Positions 42,820 to 53,150 of a DNA stretch of 64,000 nucleotides are shown here, one piece after another. The position numbers were made by a program, and so were the translations under genes. Source of the DNA: Pelagomonas calceolata (Eukaryota); contig CAKKNE010000005.1 in assembly GCA_918797485.1 (NCBI GenBank), positions 1,798,001 to 1,862,000 of the forward strand, in the 5' to 3' direction. The notes under the pieces are model-generated. The model was not told the DNA's origin and did no database searches. It saw nothing but the letters and a program-made list of their open reading frames with translations. Position 1 is the stretch's first letter. Each line of letters opens with the position of its first letter.

Positions 42820-42897
42820 GGAGACGCGCACTTCCTCCCCCGCCTTTAAAGTTTAGACCTCGCCCTAACTTCATTAACATTATTCACATGGCCGCGC

Positions 42898-43075
42898 GAG
42901 CCGCTACTCACCCGACGAGCGCCGTGGCCCACGGCCGCCCGGCGACGCCGAGCAGCTGCTCACCCGACGGGCGCCGTGGCCCCGTGCGCCGAGCAGCTGC
43001 TCACCCGACGGGCGCCGTGGCCCCGTGCGCCGAGCAGCTGCTCACCCGACGAGCGCCTTGGCCCACGGCCGCCAG
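42898..43075 (+). repeat. 41-bp tandem repeat (~3-4 copies)
   Basis: AGCAGCTGCTCACCCGACGGGCGCCGTGGCCCCGTGCGCCG at 42951, 42992, 43033, plus a degenerate copy near 42900. Confidence 0.85.
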
Positions 43076-43711
43076 GCGACGCCGTGCGCCTCGCCGGAGA
43101 TCGCCACGAGCGCGTCGCCCCACGCCTCCCGGCTCACCTCGTCCCCGCCGACGACCTTGCGGACGAGCCCCTCGGCGGCGGCCGCGTCGAAGTCGGAGGT
43201 AAGGTCGGCGGGCCGCGCGCCCATGGCCGGCCGCGGGTCGACCTCGCCGAGCCGCGCCACGAACTCCGCCACGCCCAGGCGCTCGTCGCCGCCGAAGAGG
43301 TCCCGCACCGGCGCCTCGTGGCGCCGCCCGTCGCTGTGCTCGCGCACGACCTATGATCGATGAGATGTGATATCACAGGTCTTAAAAGGGATACACTGTG
43401 CAACGCGCGTAACAAGCTACCCACTTGGCCTTGCCCGCGTTCATCTCGTCGAAGACGCGCGAGTAGTCGCAGTTGTCGCAGCCGCCGTGGCAGCAGTCCT
43501 TCATCTCCGGCGTCCCGGCGCCGGGCACGTCCAACAGGAGTTTCTTGTCGGCGAGGCGGCCGAAGACCTGCGCCGCCGTCACCTCCGTGACGACCGCGGG
43601 CGGCGCCGCCGTCGCCGTCGCCCGCCGTCCGGGTATGCGTCGTGGCGGTGTCCTCGACGGCGTGAACGCATCGGTGAGAGGAGACGTGCACGCAAGGAGG
43701 AGGGCCAGCAT
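43042..43711 (-). CDS. Plastid-type protein with oxidoreductase-like CCxxGCxxC motif; probably two exons (intron 43351 to 43408 or 43420)
   Basis: Signal peptide ending DAF; PEMKDCCHGGCDNCDY. Acceptor CATAG at 43351 joins in phase 0 to VVREHSDGRRH of ORF 43042-43347. Confidence 0.6.
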
Positions 43712-43787
43712 GACAGTCACTGCAGACGACCTTTTGTGACAGACGGCCAGCATGACAGTCACTGCAGACGACCTTTTGTGACAGACC
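43704..43787 (+). repeat. 42-bp tandem duplication spanning the start codon
   Basis: GCCAGCATGACAGTCACTGCAGACGACCTTTTGTGACAGAC x2. Confidence 0.9.
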
Positions 43788-44354
43788 ACCAGCCTCACCT
43801 TCTATTTGTCACCAGCTCACCTCGTATAGGAGGACGCCCAGTCTCCGGCAATCGGCTCCGCGGTGCTTGAGCCGTCTTCGGATGCTCGAAGGCCTAGTAT
43901 CAGCCCTCCCAACGCGGCCGACTCAAGGCGCGGGGGCCGCAAGCTCCGGTAGCTCCGTGCCTGGCTGCGTGGTGCAAAGCCAGACGACGCGTCCTGCTAG
44001 CACGGATGGGTCTTGGCCCGCGGAGGCCTCCGGGGAGAATTTCAGTAAGGCAAGTCTGGCCTTTGATTCTATTTTTGTCATCTAAGCGAGACTTAGATTG
44101 TAACTAGGGCATCTTGGCGCGACGCTTGGCGCGACGCCGCGGGCCTCGATCTTGCTAGCCATTTGAAAGCGCCCCCCACTGGGCGACCCTTCACACATCT
44201 TCTATCTCCCGTCTGCCGCGGCGGAGCCGCGATCTGGGCTGCCCCACATTGCTCTCATGGGTGAGCGCTTTAATTTGCGTGCGCCCGGTGCGGGCCGCGC
44301 TGAGGGGCTGGGGCTGCGATACATCGAGCGCACGAGAGCCTCTGACCGTCGGCT

Positions 44355-44834
44355 ATGAGCGGCAGCTCCGCTCGCGCTTCGCCGCCTGCCGTGGGGGCGC
44401 TTGCAGCAGGACAACCCAGCATCACCCCTGAAGTCGGCGCGCTCGCAGCGCGGGTCGACGCTCTTCGACCGGAGAGTCCGACCTCGGTCGCCGCAGTCGA
44501 TGAGGAGACCGATGAAGGAATGCCCCCTCTCGAAGACATGCCCCCTCTCGAAGACCAGAGCGAAGATCTCGAAACATCCCTTGGCCGGCACGATGTGACC
44601 GTCATCAGCCACTCGGCGGTACGCAACATTCGTTGCGAATCATGTCAGCGATTGGTGCATCACGCCCTCGGCATTACGACTCGCGGGTTTCTTTGTGCAT
44701 CATGTAACAGCGGGCTGCGCAGCTCGGACTTCGCCTTAGCTCACCTCGAGGGGTTCGGCCACGTGCACGCCGCGGATGCTAACCCCATGAACATGAGCTT
44801 CCTGCAATCCAGCGCGTCGCCGTGCCACTGCTAA
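44355..44834 (+). CDS. Hypothetical protein with CxxC...CxxC motif in a lower-GC island
   Basis: 159-aa ATG ORF, MPPLED x2, CESC...CASC; possibly TE-derived. Confidence 0.3.
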   Translation: MSGSSARASPPAVGALAAGQPSITPEVGALAARVDALRPESPTSVAAVDEETDEGMPPLEDMPPLEDQSEDLETSLGRHDVTVISHSAVRNIRCESCQRLVHHALGITTRGFLCASCNSGLRSSDFALAHLEGFGHVHAADANPMNMSFLQSSASPCHC

Positions 44835-46035
44835 TCTATCGTTTGGTTCTGCGCAAGACCTTCTCGCAACCCCTCGCAGTGCACACGGATCCGGCGCCCT
44901 CTGGAATAACCTCTGTGGCACCGCCTCCACGCGATTGCGTGCACTTCTGGTCGCAAGCCTAGATGGGTATGCAAAGAAATGTAGCTGGCGAGCCGATCTG
45001 GCGGGCTACCACTAACAAGGGAGTGACCGTCGCTGCAATATAGGTCTGCCGGACTCGTAGGTGAAGGTAGGTGCAGGGGTATAAATACTATACATATCAG
45101 ATGTCCTTTAAGTATAAACAAGAACACTACTTTGCTGCCTTGTTTCCATTTTCCTTGAAGATAGCCCAGCCAGAACACAGCGATGGCAATAGCCTGCGCG
45201 TGATCTGCGTGAAAGGACCGCGCGCACATGTCGATGATGGCGCTCCTGTCCAGCGACCCCGTCTTAAAGCCCGGGCCTAGACCGGCAGCTGCCAGGGCAT
45301 AGTCGGACGAAATGAAGCAATCTTCGGGTGATTTCTTCCCGAACGTCGGCTTCGGCGTAGCTCCGACGCGACCGCTAGTCTCAGAGAGCTCTCAGAGGGC
45401 GCCGCGCTTTACTGGTGAGGACGTTCACGTCCGCGTGTCCGAGGCCGTGCGTAGTCGCGCGCCCGTATACATCCAATTCGTCTCCGTATCTACCTGCTAA
45501 CCTGCTATCCTACCTGCTAAATCCATCCCGTCGGCGCCGCGCCGCAGCTCCAGCCGGTACCAAGGTAAATTGAGGGCTGCTGCTGCGCTCGGACCCCGGA
45601 CTCGTTTTTCACAACGTCATCGCTGCTGTCCGCATTGCTGCGCGTCGTCTGTATCCCTCTTCCGCCGTAGCGCGTCGAGACGTGCTGCCCAAGCGCCCAA
45701 AAACGGCTGCCCTGTCGACACAAACCCGCGCCACCCAGGCTCCCGCCGGCCTCCAAATCTCGTGATACATCGTCGTTAGAGGCCTTCCAAGCGCGGCGCT
45801 CAAAAAAAATTTAAAGGCCTTTGCATTTTTTACAAGGACAAACCTACAAGCACCCTCGCCCAAGAGCGGTCACAAGCCCCAGGTTTCCGGAACTTTCGTT
45901 TCGCCCCAACGCGGCCTCGCGCGGACTAGCGGACTGTAAGACACTAGGAATGCTTCAGCCCTGGGACGTCCAGTGTCCTCGCGCGTCGGCCCGCAGCGCC
46001 GGCGGTCGCGTTCCCGTCGCTGCGCGCCCCGCACG

Positions 46036-46764
46036 ATGGCCGACCAGGTGCCGCCCACGCGCATGGCCCTCCAGACCTACAAGACCAAGAGGACGGGCGC
46101 GACCAAGGGCCACCAGCTCCTCAAGAAGAAGGCCGACGCGCTCAAGGCGCGCTTCCAGGGCATCGCCAAGGAGATCTACGCGACCAAGGCCACGATGGCC
46201 GACGCCTGCGGCGCGGCGTTCTTCTCGCTCACGGCCGCGCAGTACGCCGCGGGAGACTTCAAAAACAAAGTCCTCGAGGGCTCCTTCGAGGCGAGCTGCC
46301 GCATCGAGGGCCGCACCGACAACATCGCGGGCGTCAAGATCCCCGTGTTCCGGCGCGTCCGCGCGGACGTGGGCACGGACCACCTCGACACGCTCGGGCT
46401 CGGCGGCGGCGGTACCAAAATTGGCGAGTGCCGCGCGCGCTTCGGCGCGCTGCTCGAGATCCTCGTGAAGCTGGCCTCGCTCCAGACGTCCTTCGTGACG
46501 ATGGACGAGGCCCTGAAGGTGACGAACCGGCGCGTGAACGCGCTCGAGAACGTGACGATCCCGCGCATCGAGGCGACGCTCTCGTACATCACGTCCGAGC
46601 TTGACGAGCTCGAGCGGGAGGACTTCACGCGCCTCAAGAAGGTCAAGGACCAGAACTCGCGGCGCGCGGCGGCGGCGGCGGCGAAGCGGGCCGCGGACGA
46701 GGCGGAGGAGGGGGGGGACGTCCTGGGCGCCTTCGAGGCGCGCGACGCGGACGTCGTTGTGTAA
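46036..46764 (+). CDS. ATP6V1D: V-type H+-ATPase subunit D
   Basis: [65 protein letters not shown]. Confidence 0.97.
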   Translation: MADQVPPTRMALQTYKTKRTGATKGHQLLKKKADALKARFQGIAKEIYATKATMADACGAAFFSLTAAQYAAGDFKNKVLEGSFEASCRIEGRTDNIAGVKIPVFRRVRADVGTDHLDTLGLGGGGTKIGECRARFGALLEILVKLASLQTSFVTMDEALKVTNRRVNALENVTIPRIEATLSYITSELDELEREDFTRLKKVKDQNSRRAAAAAAKRAADEAEEGGDVLGAFEARDADVVV

Positions 46765-46826
46765 AACTGTGAGGTGCATAGTTCGTAGTCGCGCGAGGTA
46801 CTTAGAGGTCGGGGGTTGCGAGCGGG

Positions 46827-48248
46827 CTAATGGACGCCGGGCATGACGAACATGTCGTCGCGGCCCGGGCCGACGCCGACCCACGAGATGCGCCCGCCGA
46901 GCGCCTCCTCGACGGCGCGGACGTAGCGCCGCGCGTTCGCGGGCAGGTCCGCGAACGCGCGGCAGAGGCTCAGGTCCTCGGTCCAGCCCGGCAGCTCGAC
47001 GTAGCGCACGTCCACGCGCGCGAGCTCGTCGAGCGACGCCGGCATGTAGCCCCGCGGGAGCACCTCGCCGTCGATCGCGTACTCGACACCGATCTTCAGC
47101 GCGTCGAGGCCCGTCAGCACGTCGAGCTTCGTCAGGTTGATGCTGTCGTAGCCGTTGACGGCGTGCGAGTACCGCAGCAGCGGCACGTCGAGCCAGCCGC
47201 ACCGCCGCTTCCGCCCCGTCGTCGTGCCGTACTCGTGGCCGACGCTCGAGAGGTGCCGGCCCGCGCCCGCGTCGAGCCCCAGCTCCGTCGGGAAGGGGCC
47301 CGCGCCGACGCGCGTCGTGTAGGCCTTGACGACGCCGATGACGCAGTCGACCTGGCTCGGCGGCACGCCGAGGCCCGTGCAGACGCCGCCGACGGTCGTC
47401 GACGACGACGTGACGTAGGGGTAGGTGCCGAAGTCCGCGTCGAGCAGCGCGGCGTTGGCGCCCTCCGCCAGGATCGTCCGGTTCGCCGCGATGCGGTCCC
47501 GGAGGAGCGTCACGGTGTCCCGCACGACGTTCTTCGCGACGAGGCGGTCGCGGAACTGCCGCAGCTTGCCGAGCTCCTCGTCGTCCGCCTCCAGCGTCGG
47601 CGGCACGCAGCCCCGGTAGTGCGCGTGCTGGAAGGCCCGGAGCGCGCCGAGCCGCTCGACGAGGACGTCGTCCGGCCCGACGAGGTCGCAGAACCGCAGC
47701 CCGTTGCGGTTCATCTTCGAGGCGTAGGCCGGCCCGACGCCGCGCTTCGTCGTGCCCAGCGACCCCGTGCTCCGGCCCCGCTTCTCGTCCTCGATCATGC
47801 CGTCGATGACGCGGTGCGCGTCGAGCAGCACGTGGGCGCGCGACGACACGACTAGTCTCTCGAGCGACGCGTCCGTGCCGTCGTCGAGCTGCCGCAGCTC
47901 CTCGAAGAGCGTCGGCAGGTGCACGACGACGCCGTTCCCGATGACGTTCTCGCAGTCCGCCCGCAGCATGCCGCACGGCAGCAGGTGGAACGCGTAGGTC
48001 TTGCCGTCGACGACCAGGCTGTGCCCCGCGTTCGCGCCGCCGTTGAACCGCGCGACGACGTCGGCGCGGCCGGCGAGGACGTCGACGAGCTTGCCCTTGC
48101 CCTCGTCGCCCCACTGCGCGCCGAGCACCACGATGACCCGCGCGTCGTGGCGGCCCGTCACGTCCTTCTGTTTCCGTCGCAGGCGCTCGACGACGAGACC
48201 GGCGGCGAGGCCGGCGGCGCCGGCGGCGAGGACCTTGGTCTTGTCCAT
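46827..48248 (-). CDS. purA: Adenylosuccinate synthetase
   Basis: GAQWGDEGKGK, GGANAGH, GTTKRGVGPAY, DFGTYPYVTSS, EYGTTTGRKRRCGW, TKLDVL. Confidence 0.98.
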   Translation of the reverse strand: MDKTKVLAAGAAGLAAGLVVERLRRKQKDVTGRHDARVIVVLGAQWGDEGKGKLVDVLAGRADVVARFNGGANAGHSLVVDGKTYAFHLLPCGMLRADCENVIGNGVVVHLPTLFEELRQLDDGTDASLERLVVSSRAHVLLDAHRVIDGMIEDEKRGRSTGSLGTTKRGVGPAYASKMNRNGLRFCDLVGPDDVLVERLGALRAFQHAHYRGCVPPTLEADDEELGKLRQFRDRLVAKNVVRDTVTLLRDRIAANRTILAEGANAALLDADFGTYPYVTSSSTTVGGVCTGLGVPPSQVDCVIGVVKAYTTRVGAGPFPTELGLDAGAGRHLSSVGHEYGTTTGRKRRCGWLDVPLLRYSHAVNGYDSINLTKLDVLTGLDALKIGVEYAIDGEVLPRGYMPASLDELARVDVRYVELPGWTEDLSLCRAFADLPANARRYVRAVEEALGGRISWVGVGPGRDDMFVMPGVH

Positions 48249-49230
48249 CGTGCGCGGGCCGTGCGATGTCTTCGAGCGGCGCGCACGGAGAGCAAGGAGA
48301 GCTTGGTTCGAGATCTGCACCCTTGCGGCGTGACCGAGACGGAGAGCTGCAGTTGTTGTCGTCGCCCCATGCTGAGGTACTTGTTTACGTATTGGCTCGC
48401 TGAGCAGCGCTCGCCGGTCCTCCCACCAAGATTCATGTCCGTCTCCCCAGTCCTTCGCTGTCTCGTTTTCTGTAAAACCCGCACCATAGTCAAAAATAAT
48501 GAAGAAACGAGGTATAGCCCGAGTATAGCCCTCCCCAAATACACTTCAGGAACTTAACATAGCGACATCTCTACTACCTTGCAAGGAACGAAGGCCTCGA
48601 CTTGTCTCGGCTGGCGCCAGGGCCCATAGGCGCGCGTGCCGGTGTCGCGACTATAGAGGAGCTCTGCTCTCTTTGTATCGACCGGTCCTGGGAAGCGACC
48701 GGCGCACAAGCCCACGAGCCCCTGCTCGCTCGGTCTGTAGCAGCCGTCGCCAACATACTTCGTTTCTTCAACGTAACGCACGCCGGCTCGATCGCCGGTG
48801 CGCCTCTTTATAGTTCGAGACTGATGACACAACCCCCCCTCCCCTTCCCTCCCTCTCTCCCCTTTCCGACTAAAAATTCACACTATCTTAACCCGACCGA
48901 ACGCTCCTTAGCCCCCCGTACTGATGGTATACTGAGGCTGAGGCTAGACACCGTCGTCGCAGGGTTCTTGCTAGTGTCTTACAGGACGCTAGCTTTTTAG
49001 GCGAAGCGAACCCTGGTACCGGCCCATGCTAGCGGCACGGCCCCGCGCACCCACGCTCACCGGGAGGCGTGCTATCCGTCTTTGCGATCGCCGCGAGCCG
49101 TTCTTTTAACGAAAACCCCCGCCGAGCGCGGCGGAAGCGACCGGCGGCGGCGCGGGCGCCGCGGAGCGGCCAAGAAACAAGAACGAACGCACTAAACTTA
49201 AGGGCCCCACCCACCGCCGACCGCCCCCGA

Positions 49231-50721
49231 CTAGGACGCGCCCCCCTTCGTCGTCCGCGCGAGGTCCGCGGCCGCCGCCGCCGCGAGCGCCAGGGCGCCC
49301 GCCGCGACCGACAGCGCGCCCGGCACGCCGAGCTTCTTGATCGAGAGGAAGCAGCCCACGACGAGCATGTTCAGGGGTATCCCGAAGAGGTTCATGATGA
49401 TCGCGCGCTGGCCCTCGGGCACGTACTTGGAGCGCAGCGTGCCGATCGTCGGGAAGTAGAGCCCGACGCACAGCTCGAAGGCGAAGAAGGCCGCGCAGAG
49501 GCTCGCCATCGCGTTCCGCTTCGCCGAGACCGCGGCGCCGGCCATGGCCGCGGCGGCGAGGCCCATGGTCCCCGCGGCCTTGCGCTCCGTGCGCACGCCG
49601 CGGGCCGCGAGCGCCTGGAACGTCGTCGAGCCCAGCAGGCAGCAGACCATGAAGCACGAGAAGACCGCGCCGAACGGCGTGGCCGCGCCCTGGCCGAAGA
49701 CCTTCGCCACGCCCTTGGCGAGGGCCGGCGGCCACTGCAGCACGAAGATGTACATGGCGCCCTCGAAGAGCGCCTGCATCGCGCCGACGGTCAGGATCTT
49801 GCGGTCGCCGCGGACCGTCGCGACGGCGTCGCGCACGGAGGGGCCCTCGCCCGCGGCGCCCGCGTCGGCGACGTTCTCCTTCCAGAGGAGGCCCGCCGCG
49901 AGCGCGCCCGCCGCGAGGAAGCCCGCCGAGAGCTCGAAGGGCCCCGTCGGCCCGCGCATCGCCGCGGCGGCGGCGGCGAGCTGCCCGGCGAGGATGGCGA
50001 CGAGCGCGTCGCCCGCGTAGGCGGCCCCGAAGACGCCGCCGAGCGCGTCCTGCTGCTTCGTCCGCGCCGCGTCGCCCACGAGCCACGCCTCCGGCGCCGA
50101 GAAGAGGAGCGACGTCCCGACGCCGCTCAGGACGCGGCCCGCGAAGAGCACCCAGAGCACCGGCGACTTCGTCGTCGCCGCGGCGCCGGCGTAGAGGGCC
50201 GCGTAGCAGAGCGTGCCCAGCTTGCGGCCGCGCGCGTCCGCCAGCCGCCCGACGTAGGGCCCGAAGAGCGCCGTCGAGCCGAAGCCGGCGAGGAAGAGCC
50301 GCGACACGAGCTCCAGCGAGGCGGGCTGGCCGTCGAAGACCTTGGACGCGTAGACCTCGTAGAAGTAGGGCCCCTGGAGCCAGTCGGCCATGCGCAGCAG
50401 CCAGAAAACCGGCAGGAAGCGCCGCCGGAGCTCGCGCGCGGCCGCGTCCGCCTGCCGGGGCTTGCCGTCGGCGGGCGCGCTCGTGGCGGCCTTGGCGACG
50501 ACGGCCGTCGCGGCGAGGCCCCCGAACACGGCGTTGAAGAGCTTGTCCGGCGACGCCGCGATCGCCGTCGCCGCGGCCGAGAGCGGCGCCGCGCCGCCGC
50601 GCAGCGTGCCGACGCGCCGCCGCTGGCCCGGCGGCGCGCGGGCGCGCCGCGCCGGCGGCTGCAGCCCGGCGGCCGCCGAGGCGCAGCAGAGGAGGAGCAG
50701 CGCGGCCCGGGGCGGCTGCAT
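49231..50721 (-). CDS. Molybdate-anion transporter MOT2/MFSD5 family MFS protein
   Basis: ADWLQGPYFYEVY, GRVLSGVGTSLLFSAPEAW, LFEGAMYIFVLQW, FELCVGLYFP, MNLFGIPLN. Confidence 0.9.
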   Translation of the reverse strand: MQPPRAALLLLCCASAAAGLQPPARRARAPPGQRRRVGTLRGGAAPLSAAATAIAASPDKLFNAVFGGLAATAVVAKAATSAPADGKPRQADAAARELRRRFLPVFWLLRMADWLQGPYFYEVYASKVFDGQPASLELVSRLFLAGFGSTALFGPYVGRLADARGRKLGTLCYAALYAGAAATTKSPVLWVLFAGRVLSGVGTSLLFSAPEAWLVGDAARTKQQDALGGVFGAAYAGDALVAILAGQLAAAAAAMRGPTGPFELSAGFLAAGALAAGLLWKENVADAGAAGEGPSVRDAVATVRGDRKILTVGAMQALFEGAMYIFVLQWPPALAKGVAKVFGQGAATPFGAVFSCFMVCCLLGSTTFQALAARGVRTERKAAGTMGLAAAAMAGAAVSAKRNAMASLCAAFFAFELCVGLYFPTIGTLRSKYVPEGQRAIIMNLFGIPLNMLVVGCFLSIKKLGVPGALSVAAGALALAAAAAADLARTTKGGAS

Positions 50722-51074
50722 GCTGCTTGCACAGCGATATGCAGTCTCCGCTTGCACTTAGAATATGTGGTGTGCTCGCACTTACTTACGAGTATGCTCT
50801 AAAAAAACTAAAGCCGGCGAGCGAATGGTGTCTGGGTTCTCGGGGGTAGGGTCGCTGTGAAACAACACCGGGCTTGTTGCCCAGCACAGCACTGTGCAGT
50901 GGCGAAGCGCTCGGGGTCCGTACTACTACTATGGTGCCTGGGTGGGCACAAAGTGACTCTCTCTCTCGTCGCGGGATTTCCTAGCGCGGGAAGCCGCAAT
51001 CAGCGGACAAAGCCCGACACCTCACCGGAGATATATAATATACTAGTAAATAAAATCGCCCCCGCCAACAGCCC

Positions 51075-52553
51075 TCAGAACAGCGACTCGACGGCCTCCC
51101 GCTGCGCGCCCGACAGCTGCGCCGGCATCTTGATCTGGAACTTGACCACGAGGTCGCCGAACTCGGACGGGAAGTTGTGGTGCGGCATGCCCTCGCCCTT
51201 GAGCCGCTTCGTCTCGCCCGGCTTCGTGATTTTGGTCTGGGCCACGGTCACGGTCCGGCCGTCGAGGTGCTCGACGCCGCGCGAGAAGCCCAGCAGGGCC
51301 TCCTTGAGCGTGAGCACCATGTCCGCGTGGAGGTCGTCGCCGCTCCGCTTGAAGCGCGGGTGGGCCTTCTGCTTCAGCGTCATGACCACGTTGCCCGGGA
51401 TCTGGCCCGGCCGCTGCTCGGACATGCGCGGGAAGCTCAGCTCCGCGCCCGTGCCCATGCCCCGCTCGACGTGCGCCTTGAGGATCGTCTCCTCGTTCTT
51501 GCACTTCTCCTTCGAGTGCACCTCCTCCTGCTGCTGCACGATCATGCCCGGCCGCATCTCGCGCTGGACCATGCGCACCTCGTTCGGGCAGCGGCCGCAG
51601 CCCGCGCACTTGCCGTCGCTCCGCCCGGCGCACTTGCGGCAGACGACGCGCCGCGTGATCGCCGCGTCCACGACGTTGCCCAGGTACATGTCCTCGAGGG
51701 ACACGGCCAGCTCCACGCGCGCGTCGGGCCCGCGCTTGCCGCCGCCGCGCGGCCGCCCGCCGCCCCCCCCGAAGAGCATCGAGAACGGGTCCATGCCGCC
51801 GCCGCCCCGCCCCTCGTCCTCCTCGACGCCCTCCTTGACGCTCTCGAGGCCGCCCGTGTCGTACAGGATGCGCTTGTCCTCGTCGCCCAGGACCTCGTAG
51901 GCGAGCGTCACGCGGTTCATGAGCTTCGCGCAGTCCTCGGTGGTCGTCGTGCCGTCGGCCTTCGTGACCTCGACCTCCTTCTTGCACTTGTCGGGGTGGT
52001 ACCGGAGCGACAGCTTCCGGTACGCCTTCTTGATCTCCTTCTGGTCGACCTCGTCGTCCAGCCCCAGGACCTCGTACAGGTCCAGGTCCTCGTCGCGCTC
52101 CTCCTTGCTCAGGAACGTCGCCGAGCACTTCTCGCCGTCCTGCACGCGCTTGCCCTTGAGCCGCGTGTCGGCGGCCGCCTCCATCTTCGTGGGCCGCAGC
52201 TTGTGCAGGCCCGCCTGGCCCCACCGGATGTAGATCGTCGACTCGTCCGCCGACCACTTGCACTGGCCCTGCTGGCAGTCCGGCGTCGGCGCCTCGAAGC
52301 GGCCGTCGGCGCCGAAGCGCACGTCGCGCCACGCGTTCCAGTGCCAGCTCGTCGCCTTGAGCCAGTCGAAGTTGTCGTGGATGCCGCTCGGCGCGCTCGG
52401 GCCGCGCGGCGCGCGGCGGCCGCCGCCGCCCATGCCGTGCATCTGCTCGAACATGCCCTGCGGGATCTCGAACTGGAACTGCGCCCGCGCGCTGGCCACG
52501 ACGGCGAGGCCGCGCGCCGCCGCCGCCCGCAGGCCGGTCCGGCGCCGAGGCAT
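51075..52553 (-). CDS. DnaJ/Hsp40 (ERdj3/DNAJB11-like) with signal peptide and extra N-terminal domain
   Basis: DLYEVLG..IKKAYRKLSLRYHPDK J-domain, G/F region, Cys-rich segment, DnaJ C-terminal HLDGR..GEGMP..GDL. Confidence 0.92.
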   Translation of the reverse strand: MPRRRTGLRAAAARGLAVVASARAQFQFEIPQGMFEQMHGMGGGGRRAPRGPSAPSGIHDNFDWLKATSWHWNAWRDVRFGADGRFEAPTPDCQQGQCKWSADESTIYIRWGQAGLHKLRPTKMEAAADTRLKGKRVQDGEKCSATFLSKEERDEDLDLYEVLGLDDEVDQKEIKKAYRKLSLRYHPDKCKKEVEVTKADGTTTTEDCAKLMNRVTLAYEVLGDEDKRILYDTGGLESVKEGVEEDEGRGGGGMDPFSMLFGGGGGRPRGGGKRGPDARVELAVSLEDMYLGNVVDAAITRRVVCRKCAGRSDGKCAGCGRCPNEVRMVQREMRPGMIVQQQEEVHSKEKCKNEETILKAHVERGMGTGAELSFPRMSEQRPGQIPGNVVMTLKQKAHPRFKRSGDDLHADMVLTLKEALLGFSRGVEHLDGRTVTVAQTKITKPGETKRLKGEGMPHHNFPSEFGDLVVKFQIKMPAQLSGAQREAVESLF

Positions 52554-53032
52554 TTTGGCTTTCGCGTAGGCGTGCGTCCGGCGGAGGGCTGCAGCGCTAT
52601 GCGGCAGGGTCTGCGATTTGGCTTTCGCCCAGGCGTGCGTGCCGCTAAGAGCTGAGTGCTGCGCGGCGAGTGCGCGTGAGTGCTGCGCGGCAGAAGCCTG
52701 TGCAAGCTAGCTGTAAGTAGACAGCCTATTTATGTAATTTTTTTATACGTGGAGCTCTCTGGCGCGGCCTGCTAGCCTATACACACTAGGAATACAGGCC
52801 TAGGCGGATGGCTTTTGAAAACAGACCTCTTCGACTGACCCCGAATAGTGAAGTTCAGAAATTAACGGCGGCTGCTACTGCGCGGCCGGCGGGTGGGGAA
52901 AACTTGAAAAGAAATAATTACCTCAATTACGCCGTCGCCGCCCGCGCGCGTAACTCCACCCTCAACTCCGCGACCCGATCCGCGTGAACTCATCTACCTA
53001 AAAACTAAACCTAGCGTGAGACATACTAGCCT

Positions 53033-53085
53033 CCGGGGGGAGCGGGAGGGGTACGGGGGACCCTGCGACGTAACTAGCCTGAGCC
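53033..53085 (+). repeat. Dispersed repeat copy C (5'-truncated)
   Basis: GGGGGAGCGGGAGGGGTACGGGGGACCCTGCGACGTAACTAGCCTGAGCC matches the 3' part of 57058-57171. Confidence 0.85.
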
Positions 53086-53150
53086 GTGAGACATGCTATC
53101 ATCAGAGTACGATACGTCTTACGAACAACAAAAAACACGGGCGCATCACA

